64,000 nt of DNA from Parcubacteria group bacterium LiPW_15. GTDB taxonomy: Bacteria; Patescibacteriota; Minisyncoccia; UBA6257; 2-01-FULL-56-20. The DNA is taken from NCBI GenBank assembly GCA_007375645.1, contig VMER01000002.1, positions 29,710 through 93,709 of the forward strand. Reading direction: 5' to 3'. Under the pieces are notes generated by a model, which did not search any database, had not been told where the DNA came from, and was given only the letters and a program-made list of their open reading frames with translations. Below are positions 9,500-19,382 of this stretch, one piece after another (the stretch's first letter is position 1; the number at the start of each line of letters is the position of its first letter). Both the position numbers and the translations under genes were made by a program.

Positions 9500-11216
9500 T
9501 TTTTTTGTAAAAAGTTGCAGATATAATTTGGGCCCATGCTTTTGCCCAACGGCCAACCCCGAGCCACTCCGCCATCGGGAAGGTAAAACCCATCTTGGGC
9601 CGATCCCAAACCTCGCGCGGGAGTTCTTCCTCCATCGCTGAGATCAAAAGCTCTTTCGGACGGGAAGAAAGCTTCAGGCTGACCGGCAATGAACTTAAAT
9701 ATTCTACCAGCACATGGTCCAGAAACGGAACTCTGGCTTCGATGGAATGCCGCATAGACATAAAATCCGTGTCTTTTAAAAGCTGATTCGCCATGTAAAA
9801 GTTAACCTCCAACCAGGAAAGCGCGTCAGCCGGGTGCAGACTCGCCAATTTGGCGGGCAAAGAATCTTCGAGTTTGGCCACGTAGTCCCAAACCGATGAT
9901 TCATTTATTTTTAAAATTTCCGCAATTTCCGCCGGGGAAAAAAGCCCTCGCAGCGACAGATAAAAATTCATCAATCCTCTTCCCCTATATAGGTAGATCA
10001 ATTTCGCCCACCCATTCCGGCGGGAAAAAATTTTTAACGGCCACTTGAATGCCAGCGGAAGTTTTTGAAGAAAGCGAAAAAGTGCCGCGCGCCCGAAGTA
10101 GTGATAGCCCATAAATATCTCGTCGCTCCCGAGCCCCGAAAGCACAACTTTTAGCCCGGCTTCTTTTGCCGCCCGGGACACAAAATAAGTGTTCACTCCG
10201 TCGATGGTCGGCTGATCCATGGCCGCTAATATATTTTCTTTTTCCGCTCCGAAATCTTCTTTCCCGACCAGGTATTCTTTGTGCCGGCTTTTTATCTGCG
10301 CCACCACGCCCTCTCGATATCTTTTCTCCGAGAATTTTTGTTCTTTAAAATCAATGGAAAGCGTATCAAGCGGCTCTTTCCGCTGTCCCGCCGCCAAGAT
10401 CGCCAGGACGGAGGAGTCTATCCCTCCGCTTAAGAAAACTCCGAGCGGTGCGTCGCTTATAAGATGCAATCGAACAGATTCTTCCAATAGTTCTCTTAGC
10501 CTTGAAACGGCCTCCTTTTTTGTCGGTGAAATTTTATTTAAAAACGGAGCGAGCGAATCGTAATATTTTACCTCCTCCGTCCCGTTCTTCGAAAAGCTCA
10601 AATAATGTCCGGCTCTAACGGCACGAATTTCCTTAAATGTGGTTTTGGGAAGCGGCACCGAACCGAAAAGCAAAAAGCCTATTTTCGCCTCTTCATCCTC
10701 GTTCGGTTCCACAAGGCCGCTCTCTTTTATGGCAGCAACGGTCGAAGCGAAAACAAGACCCTCTCCGATCTTTGCGTAATAAAGCGGTTTTATTCCGTAC
10801 CGATCGCGCGCGAGGATAAGCTCTTCTTTCTCGGAATCATAAAGCGCCAAAGCAAACATGCCGCGAAGGCGGGAGAATGATTCTTTCCCCCACTCCTTAT
10901 ATGCGGCGAGAATTACTTCGGTGTCGGTTTTCGTTTTAAATGCGTGGCCCCTCAAAACAAGTTCCTTTTTTATTTCTTCAAAGTTATAAATTTCGCCGTT
11001 GAAAGTTATGTGTAAACCTCCCAAAGACATCGGCTGATGCCCGTCGCTTGAAAGATCGATTATAGAAAGACGCCGCTGACCCAAGGCGGCATGACCGAAA
11101 AGATTGAGCCCTTCATCGTCCGGACCTCTCAGCTTCTGCCGAGCGTTCATCTTGCGGACCGCATCTTCGGATCCCTGCCCGGCCGAAAATGAAATTGCTC
11201 CCGCTATTCCACACAT
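9486..11216 (-). CDS. asnB: asparagine synthase (glutamine-hydrolysing)-family amidotransferase, probably glycan-modifying
   Basis: N-terminal MCGIAG, RGPD, RLSIID, LSGGIDSS, EARVPFLD. Confidence 0.93.
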   Translation of the reverse strand: MCGIAGAISFSAGQGSEDAVRKMNARQKLRGPDDEGLNLFGHAALGQRRLSIIDLSSDGHQPMSLGGLHITFNGEIYNFEEIKKELVLRGHAFKTKTDTEVILAAYKEWGKESFSRLRGMFALALYDSEKEELILARDRYGIKPLYYAKIGEGLVFASTVAAIKESGLVEPNEDEEAKIGFLLFGSVPLPKTTFKEIRAVRAGHYLSFSKNGTEEVKYYDSLAPFLNKISPTKKEAVSRLRELLEESVRLHLISDAPLGVFLSGGIDSSVLAILAAGQRKEPLDTLSIDFKEQKFSEKRYREGVVAQIKSRHKEYLVGKEDFGAEKENILAAMDQPTIDGVNTYFVSRAAKEAGLKVVLSGLGSDEIFMGYHYFGRAALFRFLQKLPLAFKWPLKIFSRRNGWAKLIYLYRGRGLMNFYLSLRGLFSPAEIAEILKINESSVWDYVAKLEDSLPAKLASLHPADALSWLEVNFYMANQLLKDTDFMSMRHSIEARVPFLDHVLVEYLSSLPVSLKLSSRPKELLISAMEEELPREVWDRPKMGFTFPMAEWLGVGRWAKAWAQIISATFYKKNEKP

Positions 11217-11217
11217 T

Positions 11218-11817
11218 TTATTTTTTCTTCGCTGGTGCCTGAAGGGTTGCCAAAAGGTCGCTCACGCGCGTGTCCTGCGGCCAGGACTCAAGAATCGTAT
11301 TCCCAACCTCAATAGTATTTTCGTTGTCCCCCACGGCGCTATAAAGCGTCAAAAGTCCATAAAGGACCGGTGGAAGTTTTGGCCCCATCTCCCTCGCTTT
11401 TTTGTAATAATCCACGGCGGCGTCGTAATCGCCCTGCCGTTTAAAGCGGGTAAGCGTCATCGTATAAAGATTCGCCATGGCGATATAATGCCGCGTGTCC
11501 GGGTATATTTTCGGCTCAATGTAGTTTATGAGCTCTCGCGTCGTGCCCTCAGACATGTCTTGCTGCGAATTGACCACGGAGAGAATATTGCTCGTAAGAT
11601 ATTTCGCGGATTCCTCTCCGCCTACCGGAGAATAAAAGCCAAAGACTTTATCAAAATTGGTTTTAAATTCTTCGATGGTGCGCACGTTGTTAACACCTTG
11701 GGCGGCATCGATATAAGCCTGAGATTTTAGAACGGGCAGGATCGAACCGAACACGAACAAAAAAAGCACGAAGAGGATGCAAAGCGATACGACTCCCAAT
11801 TTAAAGCTACTGTTCAT
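11218..11817 (-). CDS. membrane-anchored TPR-like protein
   Basis: N-terminal TM helix and TPR-like AVDYYKKAREMGP segment; follows the O-antigen ligase. Confidence 0.65.
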   Translation of the reverse strand: MNSSFKLGVVSLCILFVLFLFVFGSILPVLKSQAYIDAAQGVNNVRTIEEFKTNFDKVFGFYSPVGGEESAKYLTSNILSVVNSQQDMSEGTTRELINYIEPKIYPDTRHYIAMANLYTMTLTRFKRQGDYDAAVDYYKKAREMGPKLPPVLYGLLTLYSAVGDNENTIEVGNTILESWPQDTRVSDLLATLQAPAKKK

Positions 11818-13177
11818 TGGTTTTGTGTTCCTTCGTTTGCGACGGATTCAAAAGATAATAGGCGAAGCCAAAGAAAAGAAAAATGTTCAGGTAGGTGGGA
11901 AGAATGTCGAAAAGCACCATTCCTTGCACGAAATAAGCGACCGGCAAAGCAAAGATCACCGCCTTAGCTGCAGCCGGAAGCCCGGTCATTTTAGGCGCGT
12001 CCGCCCGAACGGCATGTTTTTCCCGTCCCCTTCTCAAAAATTCCACATAGAAAACTATAAATATCGAAAGGTAGGCTAGCGTTCCAAGAATTCCTATCTC
12101 AGCCAAATAATCGAAGATTATATTGTGCGCCCTGTCGAACCAGGCGCCGAATTGAGCCGGTGGCTGATAATAAGTCGTATTGAAGTTGTGGTCGAAAACA
12201 TATAAAAAGTTTTCCGGGCCCATGCCAAGAACCGGCCTCTCTTTAAATCCATCCCAAGCCATCTTCCAGATAACCCGGCGATCGCTAAAAGTCTGCGCAC
12301 TGAAAGAAATATCGAAAACGCGCGCAAACGGAAGTTTTTTTACAAGCGGATTATCTTTTAAAACTACCATTGCCGACACGAACAAGACTACAAAAACCGC
12401 GAGCCCAATAAGCCACTTCCGCCATTCTTTCTTGGAAAAGGCCAGAAACCCCAAGAAAAATACCGAGCTCACGATCAAAGCCAAAAATGCTCCGCGGGTA
12501 GCGGCTAAAAACAAAAACACCGCAAAAACCAAAACCGAAAAGACTATCGGCAAGCCTTTAACCGAGCGAATTTGTCCCCGATATTTTGTGAAGAGCAGAT
12601 ACAGGGCGAAAAAAAGCATAAAGATCATATAGGTCGCGAAATACGCCGGATTTCCGATAGATCCCTGAAAACGGAAGTTTGGAGTGCCGAATGCCGGTCC
12701 GATAATATTGTTCACTCCCCAACCGGCCAGAAATCCGTAACCAATAGAAATAAATGCCGTAGCGAACGAACACCAGAATATCTTTATCCAGTTCTTCTCT
12801 TCGTTAAAAAGTGTGGCCAAAAGCAGGAAAAAGCCGTAAAGATGGATTATCTGTAATCCTCCCTCTCCGCGTTCAAAGTTGGACCAGAAAGAATTCGCCG
12901 GATTAACGCCGAAAGTGCCCGCCAAAAGGAACATCAGAGTAAAAGCGGAAACGGCTATGCCGAGGGGAGATTTTATGACCCTTCGGAAACGCTCTAGATA
13001 TGCGTTGCCGTCGCTCTCCTTGATAAGCCCCACGAGAAAGAAAATCAGCGCAAAATCAACCGAACTTCTAAACCACGCATACTTTCCGACGATGAACGGA
13101 AAAAGCGTGGAGGTTGTAACCAGAGTTATCGCGAAGACCGCGGCATACAGAAAAAATTTGGATATTTTGAACGACAT
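11807..13177 (-). CDS. O-antigen ligase family protein
   Basis: Many TM helices; GNPAY, TRGA, GMGPENF and DRAHN motifs. Confidence 0.9.
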   Translation of the reverse strand: MSFKISKFFLYAAVFAITLVTTSTLFPFIVGKYAWFRSSVDFALIFFLVGLIKESDGNAYLERFRRVIKSPLGIAVSAFTLMFLLAGTFGVNPANSFWSNFERGEGGLQIIHLYGFFLLLATLFNEEKNWIKIFWCSFATAFISIGYGFLAGWGVNNIIGPAFGTPNFRFQGSIGNPAYFATYMIFMLFFALYLLFTKYRGQIRSVKGLPIVFSVLVFAVFLFLAATRGAFLALIVSSVFFLGFLAFSKKEWRKWLIGLAVFVVLFVSAMVVLKDNPLVKKLPFARVFDISFSAQTFSDRRVIWKMAWDGFKERPVLGMGPENFLYVFDHNFNTTYYQPPAQFGAWFDRAHNIIFDYLAEIGILGTLAYLSIFIVFYVEFLRRGREKHAVRADAPKMTGLPAAAKAVIFALPVAYFVQGMVLFDILPTYLNIFLFFGFAYYLLNPSQTKEHKTNEQ

Positions 13178-13178
13178 A

Positions 13179-14699
13179 TTATCTCGCGAATTCCACCGCG
13201 CGCATCTCGCGGATGACGTTTACTTTTATCTCTCCAGGATATTTTAGCTCGGATTGGATACGATTCGCAATTTCCTTTGCCATCTCGAGGGCCCGGAAGT
13301 CGTCTATTTTTTCGGGAACGACGAACACACGCAATTCGCGGCCGGCGGATATAGCGTAGGCATTTTTGACGCCCGGGAATTCGCTCGCGATCTTTTCCAA
13401 ATCCGCCAAACGTTTAATGTAGTTTTCCACTGTTCCCCTTCTCGCTCCGGGGCGCGCGGCGCTAAGCACGTCCACCGCGGTGATGATAAATGATTCCGGA
13501 GACGCATACGGATAATCTTCGTGATGACTGCGCATGCCGTTTATCACGTCCTCGGAAATACCGTATTTCTTGAGTATCTTCATGCCGAGATCCACGTGCG
13601 TTCCTTCCACTTCGTGGTCAATGGCTTTTCCAATGTCATGCAAGAGGGCGGCCTTCTTCGCCACCGCGACATTCAATCCCAATTCCGCCGCCATCATACC
13701 GGCGAGATAGGTCATCTCGATCGAGTGGTTCAAAACGTTTTGGCCGAAACTCATCCTAAAATGAAGCCTGCCCAAAAGCGAAAGGATTTCTTTCGGCAGA
13801 TCGTAAACGCCGACTTCCATCGCCGCCGCTTCGCCGATCTCGCCCACCCGCTTATTGAGTTCCTCTTTAGCCTCCTCAACTTTTTCTTCGATTTTCGCCG
13901 GTTGAATACGGCCGTCTTTTATGAGCTGTTCCAAGGCGAGTCTCGCGACTTCCCTGCGGAACGGGTCGAAGGAAGAAATGACTATGGTGTCCGGAGTCTC
14001 GTCCATCACGAATTCCACGCCAGTCGCTCTTTCAAGCGCGCGAATGTTTCGCCCTTCGCGACCGATTATCTTTCCTTTAATTTCCTCGTCGGCCAGATGG
14101 AAAACGGTAGTGGTAAGTTCGGAAACGTGCGAGCGCGCGTAGCGCTGCATCGCGGTCGTGATGACCTCCACGGACTTCTTTTCGAGTTCATCCCGGAGAT
14201 TCTGCTCCAGCTTCTGCATGGTTTTCGCCAGATCCTCCCGGTTCTGCTCCTTGATTGCGGAATACAGGGCCTCTTTCGCCTGTTCGGGCGAAAGACCGCT
14301 CACTTTTTCTAATTCCACCTGCGCTTTGGCGCGGATCTCGTCCACTTCTTTGTGGCGCGTCTCAAGCGCTTCGCGTTCGGCGCGGAGCTTCGCGGAATCC
14401 TGGTCCAGCGCGGTCAATTTCTTTTCCAAAGACTCCTCGCGTTCATGGATGCGGGACTCAAGAACCAATATTTCTTTTTTTCTATCGCGCTCCTCTTTCT
14501 GCGCCTCTTCTAAAATATTTGAGGCTTTTTCTTTTGCGCCAAGCAAAATTTCCTTGGCTTCGCTTTCAACCTTCTTATTTTTCTCTTCTATTTGCTGCTC
14601 GAGCGAACCTAATTGTTTAGTCGCCCAAAGCTGTCGTACGAAGTATCCTGCCGCCAGACCCAAAACAAGGCCCCCTAAGGGAATCAGTATTGAAGACAT
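13179..14699 (-). CDS. rny: ribonuclease Y
   Basis: N-terminal TM, coiled coil, KH (IIGREGRNI) and HD (LLHDIGK) domains. Confidence 0.97.
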   Translation of the reverse strand: MSSILIPLGGLVLGLAAGYFVRQLWATKQLGSLEQQIEEKNKKVESEAKEILLGAKEKASNILEEAQKEERDRKKEILVLESRIHEREESLEKKLTALDQDSAKLRAEREALETRHKEVDEIRAKAQVELEKVSGLSPEQAKEALYSAIKEQNREDLAKTMQKLEQNLRDELEKKSVEVITTAMQRYARSHVSELTTTVFHLADEEIKGKIIGREGRNIRALERATGVEFVMDETPDTIVISSFDPFRREVARLALEQLIKDGRIQPAKIEEKVEEAKEELNKRVGEIGEAAAMEVGVYDLPKEILSLLGRLHFRMSFGQNVLNHSIEMTYLAGMMAAELGLNVAVAKKAALLHDIGKAIDHEVEGTHVDLGMKILKKYGISEDVINGMRSHHEDYPYASPESFIITAVDVLSAARPGARRGTVENYIKRLADLEKIASEFPGVKNAYAISAGRELRVFVVPEKIDDFRALEMAKEIANRIQSELKYPGEIKVNVIREMRAVEFAR

Positions 14700-14762
14700 T
14701 ATTAATTTTTCGTTGAAACTCCATCTCGGTTTGATAGAGGGTTAATGACTTTTGACAGGTTT

Positions 14763-14792
14763 AATATTACCCCAGATGCCGGTTTTGGTCAA
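14763..14792 (-). promoter_or_regulatory. sigma70 promoter of rny operon
   Basis: TTGACC-17-TAATAT on the minus strand. Confidence 0.6.
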
Positions 14793-14837
14793 TTAAAAAG
14801 CCGTGGCTAGGCGAAAATGGGTTATACTAATGAATAC

Positions 14838-16373
14838 ATGGCGAAGAATGTGGTTCTCATAATCCTGGACGGCTGGGGCATAGGAAGAAACGACGAATCC
14901 AACCCCATCTATATGGTCAAACCCCAGAATCTGAAGTCTCTGGAAGACAATTACCCGGTAACGAGCCTTCAGGCCTCCGGAATCTCCGTGGGACTCCCCT
15001 GGGGCGAGGTCGGGAACAGCGAAGTGGGCCATTTAACTATCGGCGCAGGCAAAGTCATCTACCAATATTTTCCGCGCATCACCATGGCCATCCAAGATGG
15101 AACTTTTTTTGAAAATCCGGCATTCAAAGCGGCCTGCGACCACGCCAAAAAAAATAATTCGTTTTTAAATCTCGCAGGACTCCTATCCAGAGGAAATGTC
15201 CACGCCTCCCTCGACCACCTGAAGGCGCTTTTGAAATTCGCCGAAAAAGAAGGGGTAGCAAACGTGCGCCTACACCTCTTTTCCGACGGGAAAGACTCCC
15301 CGCCCAAAACGCTTGAAAAGTTTTTGACGGAGCTTCCAGCGGAAAAGATCGCATCTCTGACCGGCCGGTATTACGCGATGGATCGCGAAGGCAATTGGCG
15401 GCTCACCGAACAAGCTTACAACTGCATGACCGGAACTTCGGGAACGCTTGCTAAAAACAATCTCCCGAAGCTCATTGCCGACAATTATGCGAAGGGTTTG
15501 AACGAGGAATATCTGCCCCCGCTTCGGCTTCAGGAAGACGGCGGAATAAAAGATAACGACGCACTTTTCATTTTTAACTACCGCGAAGATTCCATCCGGC
15601 AAATAGCGGAGTCTTTTATCGTAAAAGATTTTGATAAATTCGTAAGGAAGGATTTTAAAAACCTTTTCGTGGCAACCATGACCCACTACATGGACAAATT
15701 CGATTGCCCGGTCGCCTTCCCCTCGGAAGTGGTTAAGTCTCCGCTCGGCAAAGTGATAAGCGACGCAAAAATGACCCAGCTCCGCCTCGCGGAATCCTAC
15801 AAATATGCGCACGTAACTTATTTCTTCAACGGATTCACCGAGCCTCCATTTGAGGGCGAATATCGCGTTTTGATCCCGTCCGAACCCATCCCCCACCCGG
15901 ACGAACACCCGCAAATGATGGCCTCCTCAATAACCGACCGGCTCATTCAAGCCATCGAAAATCGAGCCTTCAATTTTATTTTGGTAAATTACGCGAACGG
16001 CGACACTATCGCCCATACCGGAAACTACAACGCTGCCAAAGAAGCGGTTAAAACAATCGATAAAGAGATCGGGCGCGTCGTCCAATCGGTTCTCGCGAAT
16101 GACGCCCTGCTTTTTATCAGCTCCGACCACGGCAACGTAGAAGAACTCCTAAATCCGATGACCGGCCAACCCGAAACCCAGCACGACCCAAATCCGGTTC
16201 CCTTCTACGTGGTTGGAAATGAATTTAAGGGCAGGAAATTTATCAACTGGCAAACCGTGGCCACCCAACCGATCGGCATTATCTCCGACATCGCGCCCAC
16301 GATACTCGAAATAATCGGCATCCAAAAACCGGAGGATATGAACGGAAGAAGTTTGCTTCGAGACCTGCTTTAG
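14838..16373 (+). CDS. gpmI: 2,3-bisphosphoglycerate-independent phosphoglycerate mutase
   Basis: LDGWG, GNSEVGH, GRYYAMDR and SDHGN; start 14838 lies 8 nt after TATACT. Confidence 0.96.
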   Translation: MAKNVVLIILDGWGIGRNDESNPIYMVKPQNLKSLEDNYPVTSLQASGISVGLPWGEVGNSEVGHLTIGAGKVIYQYFPRITMAIQDGTFFENPAFKAACDHAKKNNSFLNLAGLLSRGNVHASLDHLKALLKFAEKEGVANVRLHLFSDGKDSPPKTLEKFLTELPAEKIASLTGRYYAMDREGNWRLTEQAYNCMTGTSGTLAKNNLPKLIADNYAKGLNEEYLPPLRLQEDGGIKDNDALFIFNYREDSIRQIAESFIVKDFDKFVRKDFKNLFVATMTHYMDKFDCPVAFPSEVVKSPLGKVISDAKMTQLRLAESYKYAHVTYFFNGFTEPPFEGEYRVLIPSEPIPHPDEHPQMMASSITDRLIQAIENRAFNFILVNYANGDTIAHTGNYNAAKEAVKTIDKEIGRVVQSVLANDALLFISSDHGNVEELLNPMTGQPETQHDPNPVPFYVVGNEFKGRKFINWQTVATQPIGIISDIAPTILEIIGIQKPEDMNGRSLLRDLL

Positions 16374-16389
16374 AAATAGAAAGGCGCCG

Positions 16390-16575
16390 CTACGATTGCG
16401 GCGCCGACACGGGCTTTTGGGGAAATACGAGACACAGAGCGAAGAGTGCCACTCCCACGCCGGAAGCGATCAGTTTGGTCTTGAGCGAGAACGGCACCAT
16501 GACCGAGAGAACGATCGCGGCGAATCCCAGGATCGCCGCTTCCGTTCGGATGGCTTCCCCTATCTTTCTTTGCAT
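16390..16575 (-). CDS. small orphan 2-TM membrane protein (SD-led unit)
   Basis: TTGCGT-16-TATAAT promoter, GGAGGT SD 5 nt before ATG 16575, terminator GGCGCCGC/GCGGCGCC overlapping the stop. Confidence 0.65.
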   Translation of the reverse strand: MQRKIGEAIRTEAAILGFAAIVLSVMVPFSLKTKLIASGVGVALFALCLVFPQKPVSAPQS

Positions 16576-16656
16576 TTCAAACCTCCGCATGCCTGTAGCT
16601 AGCATAATTATAGACTCCGTGTTCCGCGACGCAACACAAACTGGTATAATCAGCTT

Positions 16657-17013
16657 ATGTTCAGATTAATAGCGCGCGCAATAATCGCGGTGGTTGTAAA
16701 CGCATTGGGCCTCCTCGCCGCTTCGTACTATATAAAAGGATTCAATCTGAATAATGATTTCCGGGAGATATTGGTCCTTGCCGCGGTTTTTACCGCCATA
16801 TATTTCATTCTGCGCCCGATAGTGAAAATGATACTGGGACCGTTTTTGGTTCTTACCTTGGGTCTCGGACTCATCGTGGTAAACGCCGCAATGCTATATT
16901 TGCTTGACTTAGCTTCCAAAAATCTTATGATAGATGGCGTCGGAGCGCTCCTTGAGGCAACATTGCTTCTGAGCGTACTAAACTTTGTTTTGCACTACGC
17001 GGAAAAAGAATGA
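16657..17013 (+). CDS. phage holin family 4 / YvlD-like membrane protein
   Basis: Four TM helices, RPIVKMI...LTLGL...VNA pattern. Confidence 0.8.
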   Translation: MFRLIARAIIAVVVNALGLLAASYYIKGFNLNNDFREILVLAAVFTAIYFILRPIVKMILGPFLVLTLGLGLIVVNAAMLYLLDLASKNLMIDGVGALLEATLLLSVLNFVLHYAEKE

Positions 17014-17222
17014 TCTCAATAATATATATAATCGTAACCGTAGCCTTGGTAATCCTGATCCTCCTTCAACAGCGTTCGGGAGGAATGTCCGGTCTTTTTG
17101 GCGGCGATTCGAGCAGCTTCTATCAGGCTAGGCGCGGATTGGAAAAGTTCTTTCTTTGGGGCACCGTGATCCTTTCTATCCTTTTTGTGGCGCTCTCTCT
17201 TTGGCAACTGCTGGCGAAATAA
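17010..17222 (+). CDS. secG: preprotein translocase subunit SecG
   Basis: ILLQQRSGGMSGLFGG...RRGLEK and two TM helices. Confidence 0.92.
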   Translation: MISIIYIIVTVALVILILLQQRSGGMSGLFGGDSSSFYQARRGLEKFFLWGTVILSILFVALSLWQLLAK

Positions 17223-17248
17223 GCGCGGCCGGGCGCAAAGAGAACTTG

Positions 17249-17345
17249 TCCCGTTAGAAAATTTTACGGATAATATATTTATTACCCGCACACCCAAAGC
17301 CCTCATGCACATCAGCAATATATCGTCTTTAATTTTCTAACGGGA
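17249..17345. mobile_element. MITE-like element, 15-bp TIR TCCCGTTAGAAAATT (copy 1)
   Basis: Perfect TIRs at 17249-17263 and 17331-17345; second copy at 56386-56491. Confidence 0.7.
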
Positions 17346-18994
17346 TGACTTGGCTCAAGAAAATTTTTACGTCTTTCTCGGAGAGAGAGCGCCTTAGTTT
17401 CGTTATCGCCTGCGCCTCGGCTATAGTCGCAGGGGCGCTTCTTGTTTGGCTTATATTTTTGAATGTAACTACGGCCGCTCCCGCTCGCGGAGGCGATTAT
17501 GCTGAAGGCTTCTTGGGCCAGCCGGCCTATGCAAATCCTTTGCTCGCCGAAACCCCGGCCGACAAAGCTTTGGTGCGCCTCGCTTTCGCAAACCTACCCG
17601 ATCTGGCAGACAAAATAGAGAGCGATAAAACCGGAAAAGTTTATAAGGTTCGGCTCAAGGAAAATCTAACTTGGTCCAATGGGCAAAAGCTCACAAGCGA
17701 TGACGTCATCTTTACCCTCCAAAAACTTCAGGATCCGCAAACCGCGAGTCCGTATTTTTCGAACTGGCAAGGCGTCGCCGTAAGCCGAGTAAGCGAGCTT
17801 GAAGTCCAGTTCACCCTGGCCGCACCCTACGCGTTTTTTTCGCAGAGCCTTCAAAATTTTTACGTAGTCCCGAAACATCTTTTTGCCGACACGCCGGCCT
17901 CCAACTGGAAATTGTCCGACTACAATCTAAAGCCGGTCGGCTCCGGCCCCTACTCTTTTTATTCCTACGAAAAGAGGGATGACGGATTCATAAGCCTCTA
18001 CCGCCTCAAGGCCAACGAAAATTATGCCGGCGGCGCTCCGTATATAGAAAATTTCGATCTGCGCTTCTTCACCAAACCGGAAGATGTTGTTAAAGCATTT
18101 AACGCAGGGCAGATCGACGCCATTGCGGACTTGGATCCGGAAACCCTGAAGAGCATTCACCGCACCTATAATCTTTCGGAGTTTCTCTTGCCGAACTACT
18201 ACGCCGTTTTTTGGAATCAGAGCCAAAACCCGGCGCTAGAGGACTCATCTGTGCGGCAAGCGCTCTCTCTTTCCATAAACAGAAGCGAACTTATGCGCGA
18301 TGCGCTCTACGGCTACGGGCGAGAAAGCCTTGGTCCCGTCCCGAAGGACATTCCGGGCCTAATTATTTCCTACGCCTCCCAAGAAAACGATCCGAACCAA
18401 GCGAGCAACACCTTGGAATCCGCCGGGTGGAAAATGGCAGATCAAGGATTCCGCTCCAAAGAAATCAAAGGCGGCTCAATAGATCTTAAATTCAAACTGA
18501 CCGTGCCCAATATCCCGTTTTTGGTTTCCACCGCAAAAACCCTGGCCGCCGAATGGTCCAAGATCGGCGCAGCAGTCGAACTGAATATTCTGCCCCCAGA
18601 CGAAATAATCTCCGGCCAGATCAAGAACAGAAATTATGAAGCGGTTCTTTTCGGGAACCTTTTGGGATCTAACGGCGACCCGTACGCTTTTTGGCACTCT
18701 TCGGAAAAATACTATCCGGGACTGAATCTGGCGCTTTACGGGGACAAACCAGCGGACAAACTTCTCGAATCCATTCGCCAAAATCCGGACAGCGCGAGCC
18801 GCGCGACACAATTCCAAGACCTGTCTGACAAAATAACCGGCGCCTTTCCGGCGGTATTCCTATATTCCCCTTCCTACCTTTTTGTATCAAGCCGGGATCT
18901 AAACGGCGTCACGGGCGGGTTCCTGGGAGAGAATGCGGATCGCCTCCGAGCGGCTAAGGATTGGTACGTGAAAGTTGCACGCGTGTTTAAATAA
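17345..18994 (+). CDS. ABC transporter substrate-binding protein, family 5 (peptide/nickel)
   Basis: N-terminal TM, WSNGQKLTSDDVIFT, PVGSGPY, VRQALSLSINR. Confidence 0.9.
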   Translation: MTWLKKIFTSFSERERLSFVIACASAIVAGALLVWLIFLNVTTAAPARGGDYAEGFLGQPAYANPLLAETPADKALVRLAFANLPDLADKIESDKTGKVYKVRLKENLTWSNGQKLTSDDVIFTLQKLQDPQTASPYFSNWQGVAVSRVSELEVQFTLAAPYAFFSQSLQNFYVVPKHLFADTPASNWKLSDYNLKPVGSGPYSFYSYEKRDDGFISLYRLKANENYAGGAPYIENFDLRFFTKPEDVVKAFNAGQIDAIADLDPETLKSIHRTYNLSEFLLPNYYAVFWNQSQNPALEDSSVRQALSLSINRSELMRDALYGYGRESLGPVPKDIPGLIISYASQENDPNQASNTLESAGWKMADQGFRSKEIKGGSIDLKFKLTVPNIPFLVSTAKTLAAEWSKIGAAVELNILPPDEIISGQIKNRNYEAVLFGNLLGSNGDPYAFWHSSEKYYPGLNLALYGDKPADKLLESIRQNPDSASRATQFQDLSDKITGAFPAVFLYSPSYLFVSSRDLNGVTGGFLGENADRLRAAKDWYVKVARVFK

Positions 18995-19009
18995 ATCCGG
19001 AAGACAAGC

Positions 19010-19038
19010 TTGACTTTGTCCGTGATTAACGCTAAGAT
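19010..19038 (+). promoter_or_regulatory. sigma70 promoter upstream of tRNA-Leu
   Basis: TTGACT-17-TAAGAT. Confidence 0.65.
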
Positions 19039-19202
19039 ATACCCAACTTCGATTCCTCCTGTGTCCACTTATCCGAAAAGAAGGATCTCTTTCCCCAGCC
19101 GGATTTTTGTTTCGCGCAATAAATAATATTTAAACTTATACCGATCAAAAAGTAGAGGATTCGATCCGGCGGCAAAAATAGCAAGACTCGTTAAATAAAT
19201 AT

Positions 19203-19286
19203 GGGCGAGTGGTGAAACTGGCAGACACGCAGGCTTCAGGAGTCTGTGGGAGCAATCCCGTGGAGGTTCAAATCCTCTCTCGCCCA
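19203..19286 (+). tRNA. tRNA-Leu (CAG)
   Basis: GGGCGAG/CTCGCCC acceptor, anticodon loop TTCAGGA, long variable arm, GGTTCAAATCC; CCA not encoded. Confidence 0.95.
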
Positions 19287-19382
19287 CACTATGATTTTCT
19301 TGGCAAGGCACGAACCTAGAAAATCTTGTGCCCCGCAAAATGCGGGACGAAAGAAAAATATAAACGAAAACAAAAAAATAAA

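Noticed and set aside
13521-14745. 263-aa and 195-aa + strand ORFs
   Set aside because: Antisense shadows of rny
16657-17013. Holin as evidence of a prophage
   Set aside because: YvlD-like family is commonly chromosomal, here coupled to secG, and no phage genes are nearby
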